The notes below the pieces were generated by a model. That model was not told where the DNA came from, made no database searches, and was given only the letters and a program-made list of their open reading frames with translations. DNA of 64,000 bases from a virus. Position numbers and translations under genes: made by a program. Where the stretch lies: IMG/VR virus record IMGVR_UViG_3300038441_001651, positions 5,934 through 69,933 of that record. One strand, written 5' to 3'. Shown here piece after piece: positions 9,701 to 18,756 of this stretch (its first letter is position 1; each line of letters opens with the position of its first letter).

Positions 9701-12700
9701 CCTTGTTCAGCTGACCGAGTTGGAAGAATCCACCTTGGTTCAGGGTGTCATAGCCTTTGGCGCCCAGCATCAGCAGGGAAAGCATCGGACCGTTGGTCAC
9801 ACCGTCCACTTCACCCATCATTGCGGTGGTGAACGAGGGTTTGCCGTCTTGCTCGGCGATGCGTTGCTCTGCTAGGGAAACCAGTGCATCAAACGAGTGG
9901 AAGTTCTCGCCGGCGGCCTTTACAGCAGCGACGATGGCTTCTTCGTTGGTTGGCGTATCGCTGTCACGCAGAACGTCGACCAGTGCGTTGATACCGTCCT
10001 GGATAACCGGGGCGGAGATCATTGCATCGTAGCCAGCCAAAACCACGGAGGTAGTGTTGGCTTCGGTCTTCTTGCCGAACGCCTCCATCACGCGCAGCTT
10101 GAAATTGTCCATGCTGGCTTTATCGGCCAGGACAACATCAGCATTCCAGCCAGCCATAGCCAACATGTGGCGATGGATCTTGGAAGTCTGCGGGTTCACG
10201 ACGTTGGCGGTCAGACCTACACGCTGAGGTTTCCATACCGAGCGACCGAAGAACAATTCCTGCTCCAGGCCGTTGGTCGATGGGTCACTGGCCATGGTGT
10301 TCACGAAAGCGTCGAAGTTGTCGATCTGTTGGATCAGACCGTCGTTCTTCGCTTCACGGGAAGCCAGGTTCTCAACGTGAGTTGGGGTATCAGTGGTCGA
10401 AACCACACCGCCCATGGCGTACAGCGCCTGTTTGGACAAACGGCCCCACACATGCCACATGTTCTGACGAACGACGTGTGCTTTGGCGCCTTCTTTGTCC
10501 AGAATCTCCACCAGCCCTTTCGGGATGGCTTGACCAGTACGCTTGGCGAATTGTTGGTTGAATTTGACCGGGGTGTAGCTCGGCTCAACACCTTTGGTTT
10601 CCACGGACATCAACCGGGCCAGCACAGACTGGGAACCAGTGGAACGCTCGCGGATACGCTTGACGATGGGCGCAGGTTCACGCTTACCGTTCACTTCCTG
10701 CGAAACCACGCTGTAGAAGGTGTGGGTTACCCGCGGGTTACCTTTTTCACCCGAATTCATCAGCGCTTGCAGGGTTGTGTCAGCAAGTTGCTTACGCTCC
10801 AAGATACCCAGCTCAACCATGGCAGCAAGTGCCCGGGCGCCGACAGAAGCTTCCAGTTTGGACAGCTCAGCGTTGGTGCCTTGTTGGTTTGGGCGAAGAC
10901 CCAGGGCTTGGGCAATACGTCCGCCCAGCTGCGATGCCAGCACCGATTCGCGGGTGCCAATCAGAGACAAAGTCTGGTACGCAGCAGGCGAGACTTCATC
11001 GTCGAGGTCTTTCAACAGGATAGCGTTGATTGCCTCGTCGGAGTTACGCAGTTGGGTTGCGTTTTCATTGGCCCACGAGAAGATGCCGAAACTCACGGCA
11101 GTTGCCAGGTTCTCGTCGATTTGCCCATCCGCATTTTGGAGGAACTGTGCCATGTCCCGATAGAAAAAGTCCGGGCGTTTGGCGCGAGTAGCAGTCACTC
11201 GGAATTGCTTGCGAACCGCCTGCGCAGAGTATTGCGCGAAGTTGAAGAAGGCGTTCAGGGCGGCCGTTTGAGGGCCGGACAGTGGATCTTTCTGGTCAAG
11301 GAAGTCCTGGACTGTTGCTTCGCCAGCTTTGATGGCGGAAGCAAAGTCTTTGACAGCTACGAGAGGACGCAGGCTGGCGTCGGTGTCGTTACCCGATTCC
11401 TGGCTGAACAGCTCGGAAACCAAGTTGACGGAGGTGTAGTTGTCGGCAGTCACTGCCACACCAGTTTGCTCGCCGATTGCGGTGAGCTTGCCCGCGGCAC
11501 GATCCGTGGCGCTGTCAGCTTGCTCAACCTGGGCCGGGGCCTCTTCTGGTACGACCGCAGCTTCTTGGTCAGCGGCCGGCGCAGCAGTCTCTTCTACAGC
11601 AGGAGCTACCTGTGCAGATTCAACGGCTGGTTCAGCCACAGCTTCAGTTGCTGGGACAATGACTTCACCCTGCTCGAAGTCACCCGATTGCACAACCGGG
11701 GCAGCAGCAGGAGTTGGAGCAGCGTTTACCAGAGCTTCGAATGCAGCAGCAGTCTTTGCCAGCACATCCGCTTCAGCAGCTACACCGTCGCGCAGCCGGA
11801 AGGAACGGGCATCAACCACCAGACCACCACGGGCTTTAAGGGCTTGGCCCTTCAAATCCGTTGGACCCCATTCGCCTTGCTCATTCCGCACGATGTTGAT
11901 CGACTTGTTGGTGCCCTTCACTTGCTCATAGGCAGTGGTGATAGCGTCCAACTTCGAGACACGACTGGCGGCGAATGCGCGAATGCCATCGACTTGCGAG
12001 CGGGCTGCGTCTTCGTTGCCATTGGCCAGGGCCATACGGATTGCATTGCGATACTGCGGGATACCCTTGAAACCATCGCCACCAGTGGCAATGTCGGAAC
12101 GTACGCCGGTAAGGCCTTTCAGGGCGTTGGCTGCCACCTGTGCTTCGCTGAAGAGGCGCATGGCGGTACGTTGGCCGACGGACAGGGCTTCGCTCTGTGC
12201 AAGAGCATCGGCAACCTGGGTGTCTACGGCTTCAGGATTGGTCATGGTCAGGGTCAGCAAGCGGTCAGCCGCTTGAACATCACCTGTCTGTGCTTCATTT
12301 GCCATGGCTTCAACAGCAGCCGGCTCAGGGCTGGTGTCTACGCGCAGGCGCTCACCTGCTTGTTGTACGGCGTCCAGCTGCGACTGCAAACGAGCCAGCT
12401 CAGCTTCGTCAGCCTTGCGTTGCTCGGGGGTGTACGACGACACAGCCTCGTGGATTTCACGCATATCCGCAACTTCAGCTTGGTCAACGCCAGCGGCTTC
12501 CATTTGCGAGATCAGCTCACCAATTTGCGCAACGCGCTCAGGCGAGGTGTTATCCAGGCGTGCTTGCACCGAAGACAAGTCAGCAGTCAGGTTTTGCTGG
12601 ATTTCGTCAGCCTGGGCCAGGTTCGCAGCTACATCGGCACCTTCGTTCAACGACATCTGGTGCAGTGCTTCAACAGCGCGCACTGGATCATAAGTCGCGG

Positions 12701-13931
12701 ACTCGGTGTCGGCGAGCGACGAAACATCGCCAGACTCAACAGCAGAGGTAAAGGCTTCTTCTACCGAGGCACGATTCTTGGCCCGGGCAGGTTCAGCACC
12801 GCCAAGTTCGGCGGACAGCTGGAAGTTACCGCCAACCAGTGCACCAATGGTGGCACCTTCGACAATTTCTTCCAGAGTTGGGTCACCCAGCTTGGCTCGC
12901 GCTTCAGCATAGGTTTGGTAGCCTTCAGTGATGCCTTCTTTGGCGGCAGCGCCACCAACAGCACCAGCGCGGCTCATTGCACCGCGAGCATTACCCGAAC
13001 CTGCAGCACGCATGCTGCGTAGTACAGAGGCATCACCCACCAGTTCGGCAGCAGCTGCGGATGCAGCGAATGCACCCATTTCAGTACGCTGGCTTGCGTC
13101 GGGGATCTGACCGTCGTTGTTCAGGTAGTACTCTTGCAGGCCTTCGCGGTATAGGTCAGCACCGTAACCGGCGTTGGTACCTACCAGCAAAGCAGGGTTT
13201 ACAGCGGCAGCTGCCAGCTGTGGGATGTTCTCGACGGTGTACTCAGCAACCGCTTGTGGCGATTGCAGGCCGGTGGCCAGGGCATTACCTGCAGTTTTCA
13301 GGATGCCTTTGGCACCGGTCAGCAAACCATCAACGATCTCACCATCTTCCAGCTGATAGCGGGCATCACGCAGTTGCGCAACACCATCAGCAGTTTCACG
13401 ACGAATATCACGGCTCAGGGTATCCCGGGCAGTGTTGTCGACGATGCTGGAAATGTCGAAGAAGTCAGCCACATCTTGGCCAACTTTCTGCAGACCTTGG
13501 GCACCTTGCAGGCGCTCCATGAAGGTTTGCGGGATACCGTCGTCACCGGGTGCTTGTTGCGCCAGGAGAGCCAGGTCATTTTCGTTTTCAGTGCCGGCCA
13601 TCCAGCGGTTGTACGCCTGCACCTGCTCTTCCGGTACGGAAGCCAAGGCACCAGAGGAAATGGCGTCAATTGGCAGGGTTGCCAGGTTACCGGCCAGGCG
13701 GCTTGCGCCAGAAACCAAGGAAGCACCGAGGTTGGCCGCACGGCCAATGGTGTCGTCAGCGTCGTAGCCCATTTTTTCAATCAGCGCCTGCTTCTTCTGT
13801 TCAGAAGCTACAGCTACCTGGGCAGATTTCTGCTCGGTATCAAAAAGGGGGCGGAAGCCCCCAGTTTGTGCTGTAGGCAGGCCGGCTGGGAACAATTGGT
13901 CGAAACCGTAGTTCTCGTCACCGTTTGCCAT
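3759..13931 (-). CDS. virion-encapsidated RNA polymerase (N4 gp50-like vRNAP)
   Basis: 3390 aa; T7-superfamily motifs EVDGVTNGP, GRNIIKKPLTALMFGS, LNVHDAL; HExxH (THELVH) in C-terminal part; no cysteine seen, as in N4 vRNAP. Confidence 0.97.
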   Translation of the reverse strand: MANGDENYGFDQLFPAGLPTAQTGGFRPLFDTEQKSAQVAVASEQKKQALIEKMGYDADDTIGRAANLGASLVSGASRLAGNLATLPIDAISSGALASVPEEQVQAYNRWMAGTENENDLALLAQQAPGDDGIPQTFMERLQGAQGLQKVGQDVADFFDISSIVDNTARDTLSRDIRRETADGVAQLRDARYQLEDGEIVDGLLTGAKGILKTAGNALATGLQSPQAVAEYTVENIPQLAAAAVNPALLVGTNAGYGADLYREGLQEYYLNNDGQIPDASQRTEMGAFAASAAAAELVGDASVLRSMRAAGSGNARGAMSRAGAVGGAAAKEGITEGYQTYAEARAKLGDPTLEEIVEGATIGALVGGNFQLSAELGGAEPARAKNRASVEEAFTSAVESGDVSSLADTESATYDPVRAVEALHQMSLNEGADVAANLAQADEIQQNLTADLSSVQARLDNTSPERVAQIGELISQMEAAGVDQAEVADMREIHEAVSSYTPEQRKADEAELARLQSQLDAVQQAGERLRVDTSPEPAAVEAMANEAQTGDVQAADRLLTLTMTNPEAVDTQVADALAQSEALSVGQRTAMRLFSEAQVAANALKGLTGVRSDIATGGDGFKGIPQYRNAIRMALANGNEDAARSQVDGIRAFAASRVSKLDAITTAYEQVKGTNKSINIVRNEQGEWGPTDLKGQALKARGGLVVDARSFRLRDGVAAEADVLAKTAAAFEALVNAAPTPAAAPVVQSGDFEQGEVIVPATEAVAEPAVESAQVAPAVEETAAPAADQEAAVVPEEAPAQVEQADSATDRAAGKLTAIGEQTGVAVTADNYTSVNLVSELFSQESGNDTDASLRPLVAVKDFASAIKAGEATVQDFLDQKDPLSGPQTAALNAFFNFAQYSAQAVRKQFRVTATRAKRPDFFYRDMAQFLQNADGQIDENLATAVSFGIFSWANENATQLRNSDEAINAILLKDLDDEVSPAAYQTLSLIGTRESVLASQLGGRIAQALGLRPNQQGTNAELSKLEASVGARALAAMVELGILERKQLADTTLQALMNSGEKGNPRVTHTFYSVVSQEVNGKREPAPIVKRIRERSTGSQSVLARLMSVETKGVEPSYTPVKFNQQFAKRTGQAIPKGLVEILDKEGAKAHVVRQNMWHVWGRLSKQALYAMGGVVSTTDTPTHVENLASREAKNDGLIQQIDNFDAFVNTMASDPSTNGLEQELFFGRSVWKPQRVGLTANVVNPQTSKIHRHMLAMAGWNADVVLADKASMDNFKLRVMEAFGKKTEANTTSVVLAGYDAMISAPVIQDGINALVDVLRDSDTPTNEEAIVAAVKAAGENFHSFDALVSLAEQRIAEQDGKPSFTTAMMGEVDGVTNGPMLSLLMLGAKGYDTLNQGGFFQLGQLNKDGEQLVQFNDYKAMGNLDLYESSIAGALNNLVGRNTNMLDAMQVITGQLKNDDNTVTSKGRNIIKKPLTALMFGSNPTTAVQGMADAFIDATYDSIERAAAARDNEATKKLLTAVNVLLVNKKLALDTQMGYERALETKLSDVQKNALKKSFYELLGQPTEAALGDTYATFIARRNVINQTAQMSFEIFNAVRDGVIEHVEANSGEVARNTAGNAIRTLTKGQQAEVDAILGDMAPILQTAMSSAAGQREAGMYMAKTQRKLDSSLPFEQEVAFGDMVNTIAPDGTMNGIGSSRVSSTRTVEIDPGVMPFITSIHSSDSAIASAVYGTMEALNVHDALGVDLNNVAKVGQELNKATYNTMLNYSSATAMATMFDEVLQGAARVMQNPALAARIQPKLREKAIERAKRKRGSVYDQVVAIRETARQADTDKLEILAEMQAVGQYATDLGSYVVTPEDRAAAVTKLKEVGSTFNPAAEAIAEQLDVAAAVDPAVYQPGQSAVLSNNSVTTLAPSTSLNTLASVEQTPQVEQVIDSMVSGNRTLADAVQILPENQAAEVVEAVRAATVGKVSVWGQLGAPVVQSDVNLVQLLSQNKLSAHNLIDALVEYVQDPFQRTVLKMARKGIPSNMPVTYVTAETGPEGAFGEGVDKSRGWFAQRNGSSALFIKSPEFVESGITPELLTHELVHAALANLVDTHEGKNTAIGRAVADLEAIRAKAAEHIGNNGALSAQFRNATSNVHELLAWGLTNQAFQRDVLAQIQVEQRNRSFLDGLKSFIGKLTTMLFGDNKPANNNGLANLVANSAALFQEAAAVRDARASRTHKYEDAVDHVNAMTAEQVFEELGNLPGTKASGAHVAYLKDLLTSVTEPIYGPYGAFKEQASANRAITPMDVFLKASATGKLPFSSDAVASQFILSQQEAFVLESVEATVTHALNAKETVFIRQGLENLYKEAKATLKPANFLQGEWSTATQAEKDIAQAKYDLIFRPAAPVAGKSNHLARFAALGLASAEVRHVLGFSTANQEVELKSLPWASRLTELFRRLMTRLASLATHVTPGMAGNVALSTLVEQLVDIEAKRKARVADRRLGLMDQAEAYITGGAGTVREKLDALGQSKMLRNSRIPGARAASVALSTLAGDRLDDVLDHVTKVRDASLRNRHGLAMGLLTEWRGNYDSRNLATELFKGAKAIEQERKAVIENTVSAVNAAFNNGGQDLTQPQRDAMTKVLLRTNAQAIVAAKGVAGLRDLMEDRSAMAAYRTELENQVAALTGFSQYMISQTKDLAYHKVVGGSTSANLMLSTRNIAAMYGTKKAGQANAVAADLVPVLDQLMAVYGIEYSADTDVNHAKQVLRTEMNRQDDGNGIDFLLKLHKGLQEKSTDDLFNGTEALQQSGYVPEIHDNKIEVLLVEAKDVEAHVRAGFTVGSRLQMDPNVKALKGGNRVLMTRRGAGQMGILTGALSFTGMQAKGSSPVTEALNMMQGTQTTSVAMRQQIAQAKAQAIDELFTRGANYDPRKATGGHMAPTLAPDGRIADYRHLMIEHNRDVLLDRDNSMDQVMGVLAGQIVDKVSSANQNADVVRSLYDQYKADYTKRPASYLRVSADSADSQIAEMYRLLPESTKREIKKVWKDDAMYVPADQLDLILGYRKFSLTNAFQVLPADRNLMEKVLTGITEAMFGAKAALRVGQAEDIMQALVKEMKDILVIKNVLTLAGNIMSNMTLLAWEGVPLRDAAQYHAVAIKGALDYRKDSKRAMQLQQALDIGYFPDRAPAEQELVELRDRLARNPIKPLIDAGLMPTIVEDVEVDDDRYTYKAQFERKLDRFTSQVPAWVRTVGKQVYMTHDTATYKFLSQTTQLSDLVARYALYQHATTRVKDPLSHADALKLAEESFVNYDLPSHRTLQYLNDMGLVMFTKYYLRIQKVIMRLVREHPARGLMLGVADNFFSGLQSVMDSNWLNKIGNNPMQDGALGFIGSLKELPAIKML

Positions 13932-13943
13932 AGTTGATGTCTC

Positions 13944-15212
13944 CTATCGAAGTTTTCGGTCCTCGTCCGCTTCTGGCAGGAGACCTGGGCTATTTTGCTG
14001 AGCACCAGCAGGTTTATTGCCTGCCAGCTCGGCGAGTGCTGCAACGATACCAGAAGTGTCCAGCGCAGAGCTAGACCCGATCTGCGTTTTCGCCCGTTTA
14101 AGAGTTTGCATCACATTGTTGGCTTGGCCCCGAATTTCCTGGGCTGCCTCAGCTTTTGCACGGTTTGCCGCACCGGCATTACCCGATAGGATATCGCGGA
14201 AGTGATCTTCGATATCGGTGGCCGGGTTGTCGGTGATCCACCACTTCCCTTTGATGGCTTGCAGTTCCTGTTGCAGAAGCGCCGGCGGTACCTTGATCTT
14301 GGTGCCGTCATCCAAGGTGACACCGGAACTCAGCATCTCGGTGACCTTCTTGGTCATCTGACGGCGGTCGGTAGTGTTACCGTTCAGCCACGAGTCGAAT
14401 TCACCTTTCGGAAGGTCTGCCAGCAGAGCCTGTGCATCTTTACCTGGATCAGTCGACACATTGGCCCATTCGTTACCGGCCAAGCGGGTATTCAGGATAG
14501 TCTTGGCTTGTTCCGCAGCGTCATCCAGGATACGCGCCCCATTACGGAAGTTACGTTCTTCCTGAGCGTTCGTCATGTTGATCTTACGCAGTGCTCGGTT
14601 TTCCGCAGCAGCCGCCATGGATTCCTGGAACTGTGCAATCTGCCGGGTTTCTGCACGGTTCTGCCGTTGCTGATCTTCAGCGGCGTATTCCCGGCGAGTC
14701 TTGGCATCCAGCACGCTCATCAGCGACTGGGCGACCTTGCCTTCGTCAAGGAACTCAGTGTCTGCCAGCAGCTTCTGGACGCCAGCCATATCACCGGCTT
14801 GTGCCATTTGCAGACCTTGGTCAACCAGGGTCCGTTGATCCCGCTCGGTTTGCTGGTCCTCGAACTGGTTGGCCACCAGGGTACGGCGCTGGTTGTCGGT
14901 CACCCGGGAATCAATGGCCCCGCGGGTAGCATCACGATCAATCAGTGCACCGAACTCTTGGCGCATGGCTTCCAAGCCTGCACGTTGAGTCGGGTCGGAC
15001 AAGTCAGCCGTCTGCACAGCATCCAGGTACTGTGCGGTGTTGTTCGCACGCTGGGCCACGAACTGTTGCTGTTGTTGCTTCTGGTTTTGCTGGATCAAGC
15101 CAGCTACTGCCTGAAGCCCCTGGTTGAATTGCTGTTGGCCCATATTGAGCAGGCCCGGGGCAGAACCAACCCCGGAGCCTCCAACGTTACGCCAAGTGAT
15201 TGGTTCTGCCAT
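13944..15212 (-). CDS. virion/ejection protein (N4 gp51-like position)
   Basis: Synteny directly upstream of vRNAP; N-terminus MAEPITWRNV; Gln/Ala-rich, Cys-free. Confidence 0.75.
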   Translation of the reverse strand: MAEPITWRNVGGSGVGSAPGLLNMGQQQFNQGLQAVAGLIQQNQKQQQQQFVAQRANNTAQYLDAVQTADLSDPTQRAGLEAMRQEFGALIDRDATRGAIDSRVTDNQRRTLVANQFEDQQTERDQRTLVDQGLQMAQAGDMAGVQKLLADTEFLDEGKVAQSLMSVLDAKTRREYAAEDQQRQNRAETRQIAQFQESMAAAAENRALRKINMTNAQEERNFRNGARILDDAAEQAKTILNTRLAGNEWANVSTDPGKDAQALLADLPKGEFDSWLNGNTTDRRQMTKKVTEMLSSGVTLDDGTKIKVPPALLQQELQAIKGKWWITDNPATDIEDHFRDILSGNAGAANRAKAEAAQEIRGQANNVMQTLKRAKTQIGSSSALDTSGIVAALAELAGNKPAGAQQNSPGLLPEADEDRKLR

Positions 15213-15215
15213 GGC

Positions 15216-15692
15216 TTACACCCGATTCTTGTTCATGTAGTCTTCGACCGACTGGTACGCCGTCGGGTTCGAGGCAACACGGGCACGCTGACGATCTTCC
15301 AGCGCGGTGTTGGTGGTTTTGCGTTGGGCGTCGAAGTTCAGGTCGAATTGGCGGCGAGCCTCTTTGAACTGATCCTTGGCCAGACCCACAGCCTGCCGGC
15401 CCTGCATTGCACCGAATAGCGCCTGGCCCAAACCAAGGGCAATAGGCACCCAGCCTTGAGTGCCTACACCGGTCTTGGTGTTGATGCCACCGAACATGCT
15501 GTTGGCGCTGAACAGGCCGCCACCTTGGGAGCCGCCACCACCGAACATGTTGCTTAGCCAGTTTCCGCCGATAGGGGAGAAACCGCCCAGGCCTGCCATC
15601 TGTGTCGAAGGTGCGCCCAAGGTTTGGCTGTTATAGCCGCCGCCCGAACCACCCAGACCGAAATTGAAATTAAGCGGTTCCAATTCGTCCAT
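15216..15692 (-). CDS. small virion/ejection protein (N4 gp52-like)
   Basis: Gly-rich N-half, hydrophobic segment WVPIALGLGQALFGAM, C-terminal coiled coil ending YMNKNRV; synteny. Confidence 0.75.
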   Translation of the reverse strand: MDELEPLNFNFGLGGSGGGYNSQTLGAPSTQMAGLGGFSPIGGNWLSNMFGGGGSQGGGLFSANSMFGGINTKTGVGTQGWVPIALGLGQALFGAMQGRQAVGLAKDQFKEARRQFDLNFDAQRKTTNTALEDRQRARVASNPTAYQSVEDYMNKNRV

Positions 15693-17961
15693 CGTTAAAA
15701 TCCTCTTCTACGTTTTTGAGTTTAGGCAACTGCAGCATAGTATCCACGTAAAACTCCGGGATACTGAGAGCAGCTACGCCGATGTTACCAGAAGCCACCG
15801 TACGGTCGTACATTTGCGTCGGAGTCTCGCCAAGTACGATCATCGGGATCAACTTCGACGATTGCACACCACCAACTTCAGATAGGTCCATAAGTAGCCC
15901 TGTCTGGTCCTGGATATCCATCAGCTTATCCATTTCCTGCTGTGCCCAGGTCTGGAAGCCAACAATATCACCCGTCAATGAGTCAATCTCGTTTTGCAGG
16001 TCGGCGGCGTCCTGTGTAAACGATTCCTGGGCCAAGCCTGCACCCGACTGCAGCAATGGTGTGGCCCAGTCAGCTTCTACCTGCATACCGTACAGGGACG
16101 CTGCGATAGCTGCGATAGCTGCGAGGAACGCCAGCTTTGGACCGAGTGCTTTGACAAACAGCTTGTACACTACCGAAACCAGCAAGCCCTTGATTATGAT
16201 CGACAAAACCGTGATCGCCACCGCGGTCGCACTGATCGCGGCGGCTGCCACAATTGATTGCCATGCGGCCCCCCAGGTCCAGATGGTGATCACGATTGCG
16301 ATGACGATGAGCACGATCTTAAACCAGCCAGATTGATACCAACGGGTCTTCGTGACGATGACCGTGTTCACCATGAGCCGCATGAAGCGACACAGGGCTT
16401 GTTCCTGATCGGGCACGCCCAAAGTGCGCATGATGGACATGTCCACCGGGATCAAAAGATCTTCCGAGTCAGCGCCGGCAGCAAACCCTTTCTTGCGGTG
16501 CACCTCGTAGTTCACCCGCATGTTGTAGACGTGCAGTTCCTCGTACATGGAATCCAGCACCTGGTAGCGGTAGATCCACGTCGGGACGGTGATGACCACC
16601 TCTTCCCAGCCCACACCGGAGCGGGTCTGCGTGTTGTACCGGTGAGCCTTCTGCTCAACCAGCTTGTACTCACTGGTGTACTCACCCTTCTTACCAATCT
16701 TGCCGCCCATGCGCTTTTTGTCGATACCGGAGTACTGGAATGACATCGCAAAGCGGTTATCCGCAATGTGCTGCACCTGAGATGGGGATGTGGTGTAAGT
16801 GTCCAGCTTCCCAGCTAAACCATTGGCAAAAGCAGATTCGCCAACACTGTTGCTGTATAGCGAGTTGAAATGCTTGTACAGGTACTCCAGGCAGGCCGGG
16901 TGCTTGTCTGCTGGGTTTGCCCCGAACATCAGGATGGTTTGCTCTACGTCGCTCACATCCGGGTCTTCGTGCACAGCATCCGACACGGTGTCGTAGGTCA
17001 CCCCGATCATGTCGCACCACTTCTTCATCTTCTCCATGGTGAGCGGGGTTTCTTGGTCGTAAGCGTTGCGCCCCCCGTGGCGGAAGTAAGTCCAGGGGTA
17101 GTACTGACCAGTCCCGATGTTACCGAACTCGAATGCCCGGTCAATCAGCGGGTACGTGCCCGAGCCCTGCTGGTAGGTAAAGAAACCAGTACGCCCAGAA
17201 GCCGTGCGATAGCGGCACATGTGGAAGTCAGCTTCAGGGTCGACGTTACCCATAGATACGGTGATGCCGTGCTGGAAGAACACCTTCTGATCGTTTTCGT
17301 AGATGTACGTGATGGTCACATAGTCTTCGGTCGCAACCATGCTCACTTCATACGGTGTTGGTGAGGCGTACTTGCCGATGCCCATCAAAGTGTTGAAGGG
17401 TGCGTCAGGGCGATAACCTGATGTCGGCGACGGGCCTAGTTGCACGAGCATGCCCATGTCGTGGGACTCAACCATCCAATCGTAGTCTTCCTGCATGTAG
17501 GTGGCCTGGATGTCCGTTAGGTACACCGGATACCCATACTGCGGGCTGACCCCGGTTAGCTCGTTGGTTTGCGAATTATAGCCCATGGCATCGTGGCAAT
17601 ATTGCCAGCCAAAGTGCGAAGAGTTGAGCGGCCCCATGATGTAGTACTCAGGGGTGATCGGCTCGCCGATATTCGCCTCAATTGCAGCATAGACTTCCTG
17701 CTCGGCGGTTTTCACCGTCTTGACATCTGCGCCTGGAAAGCCGGGTGGATAACCGACACTCTTCAGGTAGTTATACCCGTTGGCTGAGTTAATGCCGATA
17801 GAACCGGCCACGCTTTCAAGCATGTTCTCGACAAGCTGGTCTTCCTCCAGAATACCCCGGATCAATCCATTGGCCGCGCTGTTCGGGATCTGTTTTTCCT
17901 CAAACACAGGCTGGATCGTTACGTTTACCGTGTATTTCTTCTTGCTGCTGAAAAGGCCCAT
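15670..17961 (-). CDS. structural protein (N4 gp53-like)
   Basis: Start MGLFSSKKK with SD GGAG; long hydrophobic stretch near C-terminus; synteny. Confidence 0.8.
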   Translation of the reverse strand: MGLFSSKKKYTVNVTIQPVFEEKQIPNSAANGLIRGILEEDQLVENMLESVAGSIGINSANGYNYLKSVGYPPGFPGADVKTVKTAEQEVYAAIEANIGEPITPEYYIMGPLNSSHFGWQYCHDAMGYNSQTNELTGVSPQYGYPVYLTDIQATYMQEDYDWMVESHDMGMLVQLGPSPTSGYRPDAPFNTLMGIGKYASPTPYEVSMVATEDYVTITYIYENDQKVFFQHGITVSMGNVDPEADFHMCRYRTASGRTGFFTYQQGSGTYPLIDRAFEFGNIGTGQYYPWTYFRHGGRNAYDQETPLTMEKMKKWCDMIGVTYDTVSDAVHEDPDVSDVEQTILMFGANPADKHPACLEYLYKHFNSLYSNSVGESAFANGLAGKLDTYTTSPSQVQHIADNRFAMSFQYSGIDKKRMGGKIGKKGEYTSEYKLVEQKAHRYNTQTRSGVGWEEVVITVPTWIYRYQVLDSMYEELHVYNMRVNYEVHRKKGFAAGADSEDLLIPVDMSIMRTLGVPDQEQALCRFMRLMVNTVIVTKTRWYQSGWFKIVLIVIAIVITIWTWGAAWQSIVAAAAISATAVAITVLSIIIKGLLVSVVYKLFVKALGPKLAFLAAIAAIAASLYGMQVEADWATPLLQSGAGLAQESFTQDAADLQNEIDSLTGDIVGFQTWAQQEMDKLMDIQDQTGLLMDLSEVGGVQSSKLIPMIVLGETPTQMYDRTVASGNIGVAALSIPEFYVDTMLQLPKLKNVEEDFNDGRIGTA

Positions 17962-17974
17962 GAAATGCTCCAAT

Positions 17975-17998
17975 AAAAAAGGGAACCCGAAGGTTCCC
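17975..17998 (-). terminator. intrinsic terminator
   Basis: Minus strand GGGAACC-TTCG-GGTTCCC-TTTTTT. Confidence 0.8.
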
Positions 17999-18015
17999 TC
18001 AGTTTACCACGCTGT

Positions 18016-18750
18016 TTAGGCGTTAACGCCGTCCAGCATCTTGGCGACGGCACGCCCAACGTTAACATCTGCCAGGCCGTTGGCCATGTCTGCCACGGTA
18101 CCGGAGTCAGTGGTCCGGCGCACGTTCCAGGTGTCCGTCATCAGCTTGGCCGCTTTCTGTTCAGCATCGCGCTTGAAGCCGTCGGTCTGCGCCTGGTACA
18201 GCAGTTTCTGCTTGCCGATGACCGAATCAGGTTCAACACCGAAGCCAGAGGTCTGAGCTTTCTCGGTTGCCGTCTTCTGGTTGGCCAATGCAGTTTGAGC
18301 CTTGGTTTGCTCCACTTGCTGCATGGTCAGATCGAACTGCGCCTTGAGTACGCATTCCTGTGCCTTGAGGTTCAACAGCTCCTGTTCAAGGTTCACCGTC
18401 TCCTGTTTGGTTTTCAGGACCTGGGCCTTGATCAGCTCGACGTTCTGCTGCTCGCGGTCGATCTCTTTCTGCGCCAGCTCGATCTGCTTCTCGGTCAGGC
18501 GTACCTGCGCTTCAACCAGCATTGCCCGGTTGGCCGCTTCATCTTTCTGCAACAGGAAGCTGGTGGCGTTGGACAGCACCGGCGTTAGCGAGTTGAGGTA
18601 GACATTGGCGTAGTCAGCTCCCCGGAGACGGTTCGCCTTGAACTCCAGCTCCAGGTGGCTGGTCATTGCCCGCATCAGTACGTCAAACGCACCGGTGCCG
18701 TCTACGGTAGCCGTGGTCAGGCTGTCCAGGGTAATCGGTGCGCTTGCCAT
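18016..18750 (-). CDS. structural protein (N4 gp54-like)
   Basis: [11 protein letters not shown] and [21 protein letters not shown] segments typical of this family; synteny. Confidence 0.8.
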   Translation of the reverse strand: MASAPITLDSLTTATVDGTGAFDVLMRAMTSHLELEFKANRLRGADYANVYLNSLTPVLSNATSFLLQKDEAANRAMLVEAQVRLTEKQIELAQKEIDREQQNVELIKAQVLKTKQETVNLEQELLNLKAQECVLKAQFDLTMQQVEQTKAQTALANQKTATEKAQTSGFGVEPDSVIGKQKLLYQAQTDGFKRDAEQKAAKLMTDTWNVRRTTDSGTVADMANGLADVNVGRAVAKMLDGVNA

Positions 18751-18756
18751 CGTGTG

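Noticed and set aside
4020-13937. Very long plus-strand ORFs opposite vRNAP (e.g. 6549-8972, 9897-13022) and similar shadows opposite portal, terminase and tailspikes
   Set aside because: Antisense shadows expected from strong codon bias of the real gene; no SD, no recognisable motifs, atypical composition.
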